Source: the human T2T-CHM13v2.0 reference genome, Homo sapiens
Direction: 5' to 3' (one strand)
Length of the DNA stretch: 64,000 bases
Assembly (NCBI RefSeq): GCF_009914755.1
Contig: NC_060936.1
The notes beneath the pieces were generated by a model, which was not told the origin of the DNA, ran no database searches, and saw only the letters and a program-made list of their open reading frames with translations. Made by a program: the position numbers and the translations under genes. The first letter of the stretch is position 1. Each line of letters begins with the position of its first letter. This document shows, one piece after another, positions 34,805-49,265 of the stretch.

Positions 34805-37066
34805 GTAACGCCGGGCCCAAACGGAGTTGGGCTCCGCCTGGAGGAGGCGGCAGAGCCCGGGCCGCCCGGCTCCCAGCAACCTGCCCCGCGCCGCGGGCCC
34901 CGGGAGGCGGCGAGGCGGGGCGGAGGCCGGGCGGGAGCGGCCGCAGGTAGAGGGGCCACGGGGACTCCGCCGCCGGGAGTTCTCTCCAGTCTCGGGGCGC
35001 CTCTTTCTCCTCAGCCTTTCATCAGCACTTGGAGACGGCGCCCTCTTCCTGCGCCTTCTCCCCCCATCCCAGCCTAGACGACCCTCGCGACCCTAGAGTG
35101 GCGACGCTCCCCTCCCTGAAACCTGGAGTCCTGAGTTTTTCCTCCGCGGCCGCTACTCACTCCCCGGTGACCCCCAGCTGCCGTCTTGCCCCCCAGCAAT
35201 CTTCAGGCAGTCCTTACCCACTCCCCTCCCTGCAGCCCCGGACCCCGATCGCCCGCCGGGATAACGTAACCACATCCTCCCCCTCCTCCCAGGAGCGCTG
35301 CCTCCTGCCGTGCAGCTTCCTCCTCCTAGGTGGGACTTGTGGGTAGGTGGCTGATGAAGGAGGAGGAGGAGGAGGAGAGGAGTTCGGGGGTGCTGCGATC
35401 CTCTCTGTGACAGGGAACGGCTCGGGAAACGCTTGGCGCGTTCCCTCCTGCCACGGGAGGAGCAGCCGGAGCCGGAGGAGGCGTTCGCAGCCTCAGTTGC
35501 TGGCGATCCGGATCTAAAGTCCCCGCCAGCCGCACGGAGGTTGCACAGACTGCCAGGAGGCGGTGGGCGTGCGAGGGGGTGTCCCGTATGGGGGCACCCG
35601 GGCCCTGTTTGGAGGGAGTCCGTGGGGAAGCGGCTCTCTCGGGTGGCTTTGGGAGCTTGTTTGAATGCTAAGTGTGAGTGGAGCTGGAAAAGGCTCCTCG
35701 TAGTTTCTGTACTGGTCTGGGTTTCTTTTATCATTCTTTGTTTACATTCGTGACTTGTTTGTCTTTGAAATGTAACATGTGTTCTCTTACTGGCCTGCCT
35801 CTAGTCCTGGTGATTGGAAAGGCTTGAGAGCAGTTTGGGTCGAAGGCGAGGCCAGTTTCAGCAGTCCTCAGAGCTGGCCTCTGGGGTACATTCTCTCGGA
35901 CTCTGACATTCCGTGAATCTGTTAAAGTTGCCAGGATATTGAACAAACCTGCCTCTCTGTGAAATGCTGGAGTTCACTGAAGTGACTAATGTCTCCAAAT
36001 TTGCAAAAAGGTGGAGGAAGAAAGGAAAGGCTGGTGTAGCAAGCATGATGAGCTTACATTTTTAAGGCATTTCTGACTAATACACTATCATGTTTCTCAA
36101 TTCCCCGGTGCAGGCTTTTGCTTCAATATACCTTTCTGGTGTTTTACACGCATATTCCAACTTTGATGGCCTCTTTGCTTTTATGGATAATGATAGATTT
36201 ATTTCATGAAAGACGATATGACATTTAAATTATTTAGACTAATTATCCTATGGAATTATGAGTGATATAAATAAGTGTCCTAGTTAACCCCACAGATTTG
36301 GTAACATTCACGCCACAGAAAAATTTTATTCTTTTATGTGATTTCACTTTTTTTTTTTTCTGGTTTGGTTTTACTTTGCTTGGACTCTGGTTTTGTACAC
36401 ACATCGGTTGTTTTTACTTCCAAGAGGCATTTTGATGAAATCCAAACAACTTGTCATTAATAATAATATGTAGCACATAATGACCATTGTTCACCTGAAT
36501 CATCCCCAACTTTACTACTTGAAACTTCACGTCTCTTAGTCAAATTTTTAGAAACACACACGGAAGTATTCGGTGTCATTTCTTTTCCATTAATTAAGTA
36601 GTTAGGAAGTTCTGCCTTCTTTTTGGTGACACTTCCTAGATGGATTCATTTGTGTAGCTGAAAAATACGGTCTTAAATAGACACAATATACCCAAGAAGA
36701 GGCAGGCGTTGCCTGTTATACCCAGCTTTTTTTTTTGCTAGTCATTCATGAGTGTTCCACCTGGGATGAGAAGGCTTCCCTTTGCTTTCTTGGGTGCCAG
36801 AACATAGTTCCTCTCCACCCTAATATATTACAGTGTGTGCTCAGGTCAGATAATCTCTAATATTATGGTTACTTTTCTGGTGGCTCTAAATTTGAATTGC
36901 TGTTTTTCAAAAAATGATATCTGTTGTATTGCCAGCTCAACACTTTTTTTGTTAGTAATCTACTTAATTAAAACAGCTAATAAATGAAAATGGATAATTA
37001 AAATGGATTGAGACTTATTTTGCTATCATTGAAGTAATACTAATTGTAATATATGTATTGTTTTAG

Positions 37067-37124
37067 ATTTGCCTACTGGCTGGGAAGAAGCATATACTTT
37101 TGAAGGTGCAAGATACTATATAAA
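37067..37124 (+). CDS. PLEKHA5: PLEKHA5 coding exon 3 (first part of WW domain 2)
   Basis: ttttag| acceptor at 37066. 58 nt encoding (D)LPTGWEEAYTFEGARYYI+AA, a canonical WW LPxGWE...GxxYY motif. Donor AA|gtgagt at 37125 (phase 2). Confidence 0.96.
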
Positions 37125-40100
37125 GTGAGTTTTTTGACTTTCATTTTTTTCCTTCGTAATTAGAATGCTGTGATTACTCCTCAGCTGAATAGTTGTATGT
37201 CCAGTCTTGATCATGATTTTCTGAAGTTTATCATATAATGGTGACTGTATTCTTTATTTTGTATAGTGTCAGAATTTTGAGAGAAGAAAATGGCACTCTT
37301 ACTTTTCTAATGTTATTTGCCTGGAATATTCATCGATTCATTGATTTGGAAATTAGATCATTTATGGCCACTTCTAAAAATAATTTTGTATCTTCGTTTT
37401 TTTCTTTTGGAATCGTCCAGCTTCATCAGAATATGACCACAATTACCTTTTTTTTTTTTTTTTTTTTGGTGCTTCTGTGTATATTCCTGGGTAATAGAGG
37501 ATTATTGGTCATTAGCTATGTGGTACTTAAAGTTTTGATCTTTGATTATCTGTGCTGAGAGATAACAAACAAAAAAAAATCTGAGTTACGTGAACATCTT
37601 TTTTTTTTTTTTTTTTAGTGAACCTTGTTCATGTATATTTTGACCAGGGCTGTTTATAGGTAGCAAAAGTGATGTAAAGCTAGGCACAATTTGATAAACA
37701 ATGACGGTCAGGGAGTAAAAATAGAAATAGTTACTGAATATTTCATGAGCATATATTGGAGCATTGTTTGTATTTTTGCCTCAGTTTATTTAAATATGTC
37801 TAAGTCAAGATGTTTTATTGATATGTTTGTTTAAAAAAGGCTTTTAGTAGAGCTTGAGAGAAAAGATGACCAGTCAGTCCCAATCTTAAAACCAGTTCTT
37901 TAGAATATTAAACTAATTTATGTTCAAACTTAATAACTTAGTACTACTTGGAGACAAATACAAAGCTGGAGGTCAACATCATGTAGGAAAAATTTTAATC
38001 CCCCAACGAAAAATATGGGTGGTTTTGTCTTTTTATTTTTATATTAGAAACTATTTACCTAAGAGTTTGTTTTTATTGTTTAACCTTATTTGTTCTTTAA
38101 TTTTAATAAACTGAGACATGAAAGAGAATGCTGAAATGCCAAACTGGGTTAAGACTTCAGTAGTTTATAAACAATAACAGATACCTAGCTAAAGTTACCT
38201 TTATTTCATTGAGCCTAGAAAGTTATTTTTACTGTGACATTTTTAAGATCATGTTATACTTCCAGTAAATTATAATTACCTGTATGGTTCTTTAATCTTT
38301 TAGAAAGATACTTAGATAAAACGTCAAGGGCTTTTTTATAAGTATTAGGAATGCTTGCTTTTGGATGTAGAAATAGAGAAAGCAGAAGATACAGGAATGG
38401 AATAGTTTCATGGTATGGTCTTTCTGTGAATATTTTTGGGTGAAATCTTTTCTTTGGAGATTATACTATACATTATTAGATGGCCTAAAAAAATACTTGA
38501 GTGAAATGCAGTCATCAAATGTTTTTCTATTGGTTATTTCCATCCTAAATTAAAGTGAGTTGATATTGCCACGAAAAGGGATACTTCTTTTCTTGTCAAG
38601 CTAGTAGTATGGTATATGTGAAGAAAAACAGTTTTTTCATTTCAGGTCATTTATTCAATGTAATTTTGACTACTGTACATTAAGCCTAGCTCATCTTATA
38701 AAAACAGAGGTAACATTTCAATTTTCAATAACATTTTAATTTCTTTGCGTGCATTCTTGGATGAATGTTTATTTGATAGTACAAAATCTTATTCTGTGTG
38801 GGCTGAGTATGTATGTTTTAATTTAGAACTAAGCTGTTAGGAAGACATTGAGTGAGTTTCTTTTGTTTTACGAGCCATTTTGATTAGGTTTTCTTTTATG
38901 TTTACTTAAACAAATTAGAATTTTATTTGAGTGCCATGTCTAATGCCTAAGTAGGTTTCTCTGGAAAATTAAGACAATATTAAGAAAGCTATAATAATTT
39001 TACTTTAAAGACATTTTTAAACTTGTAGGTTTTAATCATTTTGGTATTCATAGCCAGTAATTGTGTCCAAAAGTAGCAATAAATAACTTATAATATTATG
39101 GAAGTAATTTCTCCTAAAATTGAGCATAGTGTTGCATATCACTCATTAAACTTTAAAAAAAACTAACCATTGATAAATATATGATGTACTGAATGTTAGG
39201 TGCTACTGCTTTATCTTCTGGGTAATGTCAGAAGACTAATTTCTTTTAAGGTTAGTTAAATCCCTAATGTGCACTGTAATTTCCTAGAAACTTTTTACTT
39301 GTTTGTATTGTTATTTATCATTCTAATAGGATAGGGGCACTACTTTTATCTTAAACTTTACAATTTAGAGTACCTTCACATACATTATTCATTCATGAAG
39401 TAGTCAGAGTTACTACTCCCATTGTCACACACATAATAAAACAGCAGAAACATGCCTTTGGAACTTACAGTTTGCAAAGACAGCAGGATGAGAAACCCCA
39501 GGAACATAAACTATATTTAGAATATTCAGAGTGGAGGAAAAGATAGGAGTCTGAAGTAGGAAAGTGATTCGTGTTGGTGGCTATAGTTTTTCATTGTCAT
39601 TTCTTTCTCAGATGAAGAAAGGTGGTTATTGATCAAATTGTATGTAAAGGAGGTTACAGGGTTATCGGGGTGGATTTTGTTCACATGGGAAGTGGAAAGA
39701 TAGGAATGCCAATAAAAGACATGTCAGCCCTTTGACTATTCCTAATCCTGTGTTCTGGAAAGTTCTCACTGCAAGAAGGGAGACCTAAAGAATTTCAGTT
39801 GTTTCTGCTTCCATTGTGAAGTGAAATATATATAACTCTTAAATTATTCCTCTCCTGGACAAATGTTGGTTGGTGTTAAAAATGGCAGGTTACCAGAAAG
39901 AATTTATCTCTTAATTATATTTTGGTATTGACACTTGCATCTCTGTAGGTGGTAAGAGGAGAGGATTGTAGTGGGGAAGTCATAGGAACTGAAATGTGGT
40001 CTTGACCTTAATGACTTTGGAGCTCAGTCTTCACGTCTTTAAATTAGGTTACCTGGAAAAGGCAACCTCTAAATTCCATTTCTAAATTTCTTTGAATTTT

Positions 40101-40490
40101 GTACTGTTCTGGGATTTATAATATTCTGGAAAACAAGGAACTCACAATGCCAAGCAGAGATGATGCGGGAAATATGGAAAGCTAGCTTTTCTATCCTTCT
40201 TAACTATTTTATCCTCCCTCTTTAAGCTTTGGATAGACAATCACAGCTAAGTATGATGTATGTAGTGCCAGGGTTGTGTGTACTTTCTTTTGCTGCTTTT
40301 TGTGCTTACGTTTCCTTGTAAAATGTTTGTATACATATCTTCATGTAAACAGATAGTACTGCTAATGTAAACAAAGGACCTGATCAGCGTAAGAGTTGTA
40401 TAGGTTTGAGTTAATCAGTTTATTTTATACACTTTGAAATTGGTTCTTTAATACAAGTTTGCAGCTAGATTAAAAAAATATGTAATATAG

Positions 40491-40857
<367 letters not shown>

Positions 40858-41717
40858 AAAAATCTTTATCTTTAAAGATATTTAATACTTTTTTTCTGAA
40901 TAATTTTTCTATGTGCCCTAAGCTAGCCAGCCTCTTAATTATGTTACTATGTGTTTGTGTGTGTAAATACATTACACAGAGTTTGAGTTTGATTATTGAA
41001 TTTTCATATTGTTTTTATAACTTAATTTATGCTGTTATCTTTATGAAGAATGCTGAAAATAAGTGAATTTTATAACTTGTAAAGTGTGGCTTTAAATATT
41101 CCGTATTCTTATGAGAACGCAAATAACTTAGCCCATAAAGCACAGAAGAAAATCTTATACGTTTGAGTTATAAAGCTTTCTGCTTGCTCCTTGAAAATAT
41201 TGCTTAATGATTCTGTAATGACAGGCCATGGTAACTTAAAATGGATGTGTCATTTACTATTCCTTTGTGCTTCAAAGCTTTAAGATGGTTAACTTAGAGT
41301 GCCAAGTAAATCTTAAGGCTCTCTGAATAGTGAGAAACTTTATTCTGATTATTTAAAGGTCATTGCAGGACTGGGTATCAAAACAATATTTGCGGGGGTA
41401 AAATAGTATGCAAATTTTTTAAGGTTATGTTTTCATACTGCTTTTTTTAACTTAAAATTCTAAGTTCTGAAAATTGAACTTTTTCTTACATAGGCAAATA
41501 GAGTATGAGGTTTTGTTTCAATATCTGCAATAGCTGGATCTAATGTATGCTAATTCCAAACTTACCAAAACTAGCGTTGCAAGTAAGGAGAAAAATCTGT
41601 TTCTTCAGATTTTCACAATTCAAAATATGAATGAAGATGGGGAATCTAACAAGTGCCATAAAAAACATTAGAATATATTAACTATGTATTTGATATTTAA
41701 AGTTGTTTTATACTTTA

Positions 41718-41999
41718 CTTTTTTTTTTTCTTTGAGACGGAGTTTCACTCTTGTTGCCCAGGCTGGCATGATCTCAGCTCACGCAACGTCCACCTCCCGG
41801 GTTCAAGCAGTTCTCCTGCCTCAGTCTCCCAAGTAGTTGAGATTACAGGTGCCCACCACCACCACGCCTGGCTAATTTTTTGTATTTTTAGTAGAGAAGG
41901 GGTTTCGCCACGTTGGCCAGGCTGGTCTCAAACTCCTGACCTCAGGTGATCCGCCCACCTCGGCGTCCCAAAGTGCTGGGATTACCACCACCCCTGGCC
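41718..41999 (-). mobile_element. Alu (AluSq/Sp-like), intronic, small internal deletions
   Basis: Antisense Alu; flanking tgttttatacttt repeats. Confidence 0.88.
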
Positions 42000-42917
42000 A
42001 AAAACTGTTTTATACTTTCTATAATAATATAACCAAATTTTGATTACTAGAGCTATATAATTCTTTAGAACACTTTGTGGGCATTATATTTCTTTTCCAT
42101 ATTTATAACAAGAGTTTTGGACTGTTAATATGTGATTCCTTACATTGATAAAGCACTTTATGCTAATTCATTAGTTACAAAACAACTACGAACTATGATC
42201 TCAGCTTTCAAGGAGTTTGTAGTGTAGAGATAAATATGCAGTATATTAAAACAGGGAGATGGTTTGGGGAACATAGACTTATTTAGTGCTAGGCACTTCA
42301 GCATAGCATTAAACTCCTATAATCCTCACAATAGCCTTTTTGTTGTTGTTGTCTCTTTCGTTTTCAAGTTGGTGTGCCAGGACTACCAGCCTCAGTAGAC
42401 TTTGTTGTGGAATTCTTTTATTTTTAGCCCCAGGACCACTGCTTAGGGCCAGGTTTGCTCAATATCCTCCTTGTATTTCCTGTGATGCCCAGCATCTAGT
42501 CAGCCTCTAAAGAAGTGGTATCTGTGATGATGATGATGCTGGCTCCTAGTTATTTAAGGAGTTAATCAAGATGGGGAAAGAATAGTCCCCACAACTCAAG
42601 TGGTTGCATTTTAAGAACACTTTCTGGATTTGTCAAGGGACTTTTTCTTCCCTAATCTGGATAGACCCCTTCGTTTCTTCTTATTCTCAAAGCTGGCCTA
42701 TATTTAGGAAGGGGGAGGAAGTGGTCAATACAAAAACACAAAAAGTATTGGAAGAGTTGAAGAGTCGATGACCTGGAGACAGGGCCTTACATAGGACCTG
42801 TCTGTCCTATACAGGATGGAATTTCTTTGAATTTGTTAGCAGATGCTCTTTTCTTGTGACTGTTTCATTTTTTTAAATAACAGATAAATATAAGATGAAA
42901 TTAAGGGTGAAAAGTTA

Positions 42918-43278
<361 letters not shown>

Positions 43279-45471
43279 TCATAAGAATTCAGAGGAGGAA
43301 GAGGCAGCCTAGGCTGGGCTGCCCTGGAACGACTTGAAGAGGTGGGAGTTGAGCTAGGCCTGAGGGTATAGATGGGATTCACTTTCAGATGAGTTGATAA
43401 GACTGGGAGGATACATTCATGGGGCTGGGAACACGTATAATATGTGAATATGTGTGATGAGTAATACTAACTAGGCTTGTTAGTGATGGTTCTGTAGAAA
43501 ATGCTAGGATGATGGGAGGTGAGTCTAGGAATGCTGTTTGGAACCATACTGTGTCCGGTCTTTGAATGTCAGGCTGAGGTTTTTATTTTCCGGGCAAGCC
43601 TTTGCAGATGTTTTTTAGTATAGCGTTAATTATGCAACATGAAGGTTTTAGGGAGATTTTAATACAGGCAGCATGGATTGGACAGGAGCAAAGTGGGAAT
43701 CAAGGAGACCATTTCTGAGTCTGTTGCCATAATTGGGTAGTTACTTGAACTAAGTTTGTGGCAGCGGGAATGGAAAGGAAAGAGGCCATTGATCAAAGAT
43801 GTTAAAGACGAGCTGACAGGCCTTAGGAGTCTTGCTGAGCAAGGAGGTTGACAGAAAAAAAGAGGTCAAAAGCTCCTCAAAGCCTTTGTGTCTGAGTGTC
43901 TACAAGAATGATGATGAGACCCTTGACCGGAATAAAGGAGTAGGTGTGGGAGGGGGAGCCCCAGGTGGACATATTAATGGTGGTTTGGTTTTTGAGCTGC
44001 TTGAGAGGACATAGCATTTCAGGTGGCTAAAATCCGACTTTCACAAAGGACTCCTGACATTATCTTTTTACTCCCCTCAAAAAGCAAACACAACCCACTC
44101 CCCTATCCTATCTCAGCTACCTAAATGACTATCTAGCTATTTATAGATTCAGGCTGGGAATTTCATATTCATCCATCTAATTATTCATTCAACAAATGCT
44201 TATTGAATATTTACTGTGTGCCAAGTGCTTTAAGCTTTATGAATGAAACAGACATGGACACTACTCTTAAGAACTTTATAGTTGAATTAGTGGGGGAGCC
44301 AGTAATAAAATAATCATGCAAATATGTAAGATAGACTGTGATAAATGCTATGAAGAATATCTAATGTTTTGACTACGTATATTGAAAGGCCTTAGCCCGT
44401 TGTGGGGGTTGCTGGGAGAGGCATTTCTCACAGTTAAGCTCCAAACCCCTGCAGAGTGGATCAGAATAGAGCAGTGTAAAGTCACTGGAAAGATGAAGAA
44501 TAAATAGCCTCCTGGTCTTGAGATTGGACCACAACCTGAGTGAAAGCATTGCTATATATAAAGAAAGACTTGGGGGATGGGGTTGGTATGGTATGGCAAT
44601 TTATGAAAAGGAGAAAGCTGCTGCAGAAGCTGCTCTTTATCATCCAATAGATAACAATGTTTAGCCAACTGATTTTAATGATTATCTCAGTCCCAGTGGC
44701 AAGGTCTTCCAATTAGTCACTCACTCATGTGTTCTTCCAATTCTCTTGAATACATTTTGAACTCATAGTTGTGTGCCTTAGTGATTAGTGTACATCAGTA
44801 AATGAAATAAACCAAAAAATTCTGCCCGTCTGGGGAGTGGGATGATGGGGGAGAGAATGTCAAAGTAAACAATAAATAAGTACATTTTATAGTATGTTAG
44901 ACTACACATAAATCCTCTAAGCAAAAAGTCTACTTTTTAAGTCTACTTTGGTTTCAAGAAAACAAGGAAATATATTACTGAAGTCTGTACTATCGTGATT
45001 AGTATGGAAGAAGTGAATGTAGACTAAATTTTAAAATACTGAAATCAGTGGGTCCAGTAGAAACCCAAAAGAAATAAAGAGGTCCTCATGAGGTACAGAT
45101 GATAGACATTTCAGAGCCACTGGGGGAACATCTTGGCCACTAAGGAGTGTCCTCTGAACTACTTAGGAATTATGCTCTGAAGTGACCAGTAAGCCACCCA
45201 CACCAAGAGAATCTTTTGGACTATTAGGTCTCAGAAGGCAGAGATAGTCTTATACTGTAGCCACCTTTATGCTTCCAGTGCCTGGCATGTAATAGACAAT
45301 TAGGTGTTTGAAATGAAGCCCTAAAACAAATTGTAAGAAAAGCAAGCCTCTTTACCTAAATCTGAACATCCCAGGGCATTTTTTTCTTCTCATTTGTCAT
45401 CTAGTCACAACCCTTGTTGTTGTAAAAGTCACTGGCCCAAAGCCAACTAGTATAAGCAAAAAGGAAACTAT

Positions 45472-45768
45472 TTTCTTTTTGGAGACAGAGTCTCGCTCTG
45501 TTGCCTAGGCTGGAGTACAGTGACTCAGTCTCGGTTCACTGCAACCTCTGCCTCCTGGGTTCAAGTGATTCTCCTGCTTCAGCCTCCTGAGTAGCTGGGA
45601 TTACAGGTGGCCCGCCACTACGCCCGGCTAATTTTTTTGTATTTTTAGTAGAGATGGGAGTTTCACCATGTTTGGCCAGGCTGGTTTCCAACTCCTGACC
45701 TCAGGTCATCCACCTGCCTTGGCCTTCCAAAGTGCTGGGATTATAGGCATGAGCCACCGTGCCCAGCC
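45472..45768 (-). mobile_element. Alu (AluSx-like), intronic
   Basis: Antisense Alu. Confidence 0.9.
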
Positions 45769-46734
45769 AGGAAACACTTCACACTGATTTCAAGAGTGAT
45801 GCAAGTAAATTCTTCAAGGCTCTTCCTCACCTGCTTTCCACCCCTCCCCCCCAACAGAAAGCTTCTCTTTAACCAGAAAAAATGGTTACGTGCAGCCCCA
45901 AATTACACCCGTTTAGCTTTTTAACCTAAAATGTAAGTTTTCTTCTCTAGTTGCAAATTAAAAAAATCTCGGACAAGGACTTTTGACTACCTTGGATCAC
46001 ATGCCTGTTCCTAGAGCAGACATTGGCCTGCTAGTCTTCAGTCATTGTCTGTCCTTAGCTAGAGCCAAGGCACTAACATTGGCAAGCCATCCAGAAACAT
46101 ACAGTTAGAGAGGAAGGCCCAGTTCATCATTGGAAGTCAAGATGTGAAAGACTAGAGATCAGAGGTCTTCTTATAATATAGTGCAAAATGCCTAAAGGCC
46201 AGGGAGACCTGAGCATCTGTAAACTTCTGAGAAAAGAAGTAATGGTACCAGTGATATTCAGGGAAGCTTTTTGCCTTGTGTTGCAGAAGTAATAGTTGAA
46301 GTTATTCGGGATGGTTCAGGCCAGGACCAGGGAGGATGAAGAGAAAGTGCTGAATTTTGAGGAAGAATGAGTAGAAGCCAGTCCTAGATTGGCTGTCCTG
46401 AGCAAGTGAGTTTGAAGAAACTGATTTAGCACAAGTGGCACAGAACCTCACCCTGCTAGGTGAGGCCAGGGATTCTCTTCGGTGCTTCTGAAATTACTGG
46501 CCACTTGAAGAGTAATTCCCAAACAGTGTCAGTGCTTGAGTAATATTGCCAATGCTTGCTTGCTATGATGCTGTCTACATGGGGAGTGGTTTTTGTTCCC
46601 TATCCCTTCCAAATAACTTGGATTATTTACATATATTGTTTCTTTGGATAGACATGCTCTAAAAAAGTTTGCCTCTAAGGTGAAAATTCCAACTTTCGCT
46701 AAAGTGGTTGAAGTTGCATATTATTAAATGTTAA

Positions 46735-47032
46735 GGCCAGGTGCTGTGGCTCACGCCTGTAATCCCAACACTTTGGGAGGCCGAGGCAGGAGGATTCTTT
46801 GAAGCCAGGAGTTCAAGACCAGCCTACACAACATAGTGTGACCCCCAATCTCTACAAAAAAAAATTGTTTTTTTAATTAGCTGGTCATGGTAGTGTACCC
46901 CTATAGTCCTGGTTACCCAGGAGGCTGAGGCAGAAGGATTGCTTGAGCCCAGGAACTCAAAGCTGAGGTGAGCTATGATCATGCCACTGCACTTCAGCCT
47001 GGGCAACTGAGCGAGACCCCATCTCTAAAAAA
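46735..47032 (+). mobile_element. Alu (AluJ-like), intronic
   Basis: Full dimer. Confidence 0.9.
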
Positions 47033-47254
47033 ATTTTTTTAAAAGCTATTCAACATAAAATATAAAACTCAGTAAAATAGGACATGATGACAAAATTTTG
47101 AAAAGAAATAACTCCTTGCCCAATTTTCACAATACAAAGAAATTATATAACATGGTAAAATTAGTGTGAATTTTTTCTCTGTGGAAAACACATCTGTATT
47201 TATTTTGAAAAATCAATTCTGTTCTATCACAATATAGATGTAGTCTGATAACAA

Positions 47255-47945
47255 TAGCTTTTTAGTGTATAAGTGTAAGGTGTACATGTTTGATGTACGT
47301 AATGAAATCGTTACAGTAGTCAATCAAATTCACATATCCACCTATAATCTACTTGATCAGCAAATTTCCAGTATACAATACATTATCTCAGTCCTCTACT
47401 GTAGTCTCTAAATTTATTCATCTTCTATAAGTGTAACTCTATACTCACTTTGATCTGCATATTCCCATCCCCCCATTTCTATTCTATTTTTATGTATTTT
47501 ACTTTACAAACTTCTTTTAGCTTCCACATTTAAGATCATGCAGTATTTTTCTTTTTGTCTGGTTTATTTCACTTAGCATAATGTCCTCCAGTTCTATCTA
47601 TGTTGTCACAAAAGGCAAGGTCTCATTTTTTATAAGAATATGATGAATAATATTCCATCATATTTTCTTTATCCATTCATCTCTTGATGGACATGTGGGT
47701 TATTTCCTTATTTTGGCTATTGTCAGTAATGCTGCAGTGAACATGGGAGCACAGATGTTCCTATGAGGTGGCAATTCATTTCTTTTGGGTATACACCCAG
47801 AGGTGGGATTGTAGATCATATATGGTAGTTCTATTTTTAATTTCTTGAGGAACCTCCATACTGTTTTCCATAATGGCTGCACTAATTTATTTTCCTACCA
47901 ACAATGTGCAAGGATTTCCTTTTTTCTGCACCTTGCAGGCACTTG
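47255..47945 (-). mobile_element. L1 (L1MA/L1M-type) ORF2 end and 3'UTR fragment
   Basis: Minus [24 protein letters not shown]...PMFTAALLTIAK is the L1 ORF2 C-terminus, followed by 3'UTR motifs. Confidence 0.88.
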
Positions 47946-48859
47946 CTTGATGGCATTTTTTTAAAGTTAGTAAAGAAATACCACAGAATGATTCCAAATC
48001 AAATAATAAAAGTGTACGTTTAGTGTATATGCTTCTTTTTAACCTGTTTTATAATGTTAAGTGTTTTTTTCTTATAGAAGCAATTCATTTTTATTGTAGA
48101 ACATTTGGAAAATACTAAGGAGTATAAAGATGGAGAAAATAAAAATCATTCACAGTCCTGTTGTGCAGAGAGAATTTCTACTAATATAATTATTGTGTAC
48201 AATTATATGCATATATTATGCATATATAACACATAATTATATATGCAGCATAGATGCATGTATTATATGTAATTATATGTGCAATTATGCACAATTATGT
48301 ATGCGGCACATATGCATATATTATGCATTTATAATGTTTCACATTGACAGTTAATATGTATATATATTTTTAAAGATTTGAGTCTTATTGCTATTGATAA
48401 TACTGTGTCAAATCCTATTTTCATTAGCTGTATTAGTATCCTTATATCGTTATATATTTATTCAGTAGAAGGTTTTTAATAACTATGATGTTCTGTCTTA
48501 TGAATATATGGTATTTATTCCTCTACTTCCAGGTAACTTTGTTGTTTGTGAGTTTTTGCTGTGAGAAAAATGTTTATATGAATACTCTTGTATGCATGTC
48601 TGTTTTTTGTAGAATTGGAATTGAGAAAATACATGAGCTTTTTAGATGGTTCATCACTTAACATTTGCCAAATTGCCCTTTAGAAAATTTGTGCAGATTT
48701 ATGTTCTCACTTGAGAACATATAAGAATGTATGAAAGTGCCTTCATTTCTCCATAACTGCAATAAGTGCTTCTGATTGAATAGATGAAATTTGAAAGGTA
48801 ACTGATAGAGAGTCTGTATGGATTATTACTAGAGATTCAGATGGTTTGAAACACAGATT

Positions 48860-49265
48860 AGTCCTTCAGTTATGTATGTCTACATAAACAACTACCCCAG
48901 AACTCAGTGGCTTAAAACGATGATTTCTAATTTCTCACTTTTCTTTAAGTTGACTAGGCTCAGCTGTGCTGGTCTTCAGTTCCATGCGGTATAACTGAGG
49001 TCATGAGTCTGGAACAAACACCAGCGTCTCTCCTCGTGGCCTCTCATCAGTTAGTCTGTCTCAAGTTTTCTTTGTAGCGTGGCAGTTGGCTTCTAAGAGG
49101 AATTATCCTAGGAGAACAGACCACAGTTTTAGACACTTATAAAACTTCTGCTTATATCATGCTTTCCCATGTGGTCCTGGTTGATGTAAGTCAAAGTCAG
49201 ATGTGGGAGGAGAGCTACATAGGAGTGCAAATACAAGGAGTGTGGGACGTAATGTAATGGACAGC
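48860..49265. mobile_element. Old LTR fragment (MLT-type)
   Basis: caactaccccagaactcagtggcttaaaac...ggctcagctg...tggcctctc motifs. Confidence 0.6.

Larger units (their letters stand above)
34080..35660. promoter_or_regulatory. CpG island / TATA-less promoter of PLEKHA5
   Basis: Abrupt switch to very high GC and CpG density. Several GGGCGG GC-boxes (e.g. ~34173-34180, ~34318-34326). T12 tract at the upstream edge (34131-34142). (GGC)5 at 34447-34461 just before the ATG. Spans exons 1-2. Confidence 0.93.

Noticed and set aside
34065-35753. Overlapping Pro/Gly/Arg/Ala-rich ORFs on both strands, up to 193 aa
   Set aside because: Expected stop-codon scarcity in a CpG island. The true coding frame is the spliced PLEKHA5 exons, which the ORF track misses.
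47700-47882. ORF resembling a conserved protein C-terminus
   Set aside because: It is the L1 ORF2 C-terminal remnant of a truncated LINE.
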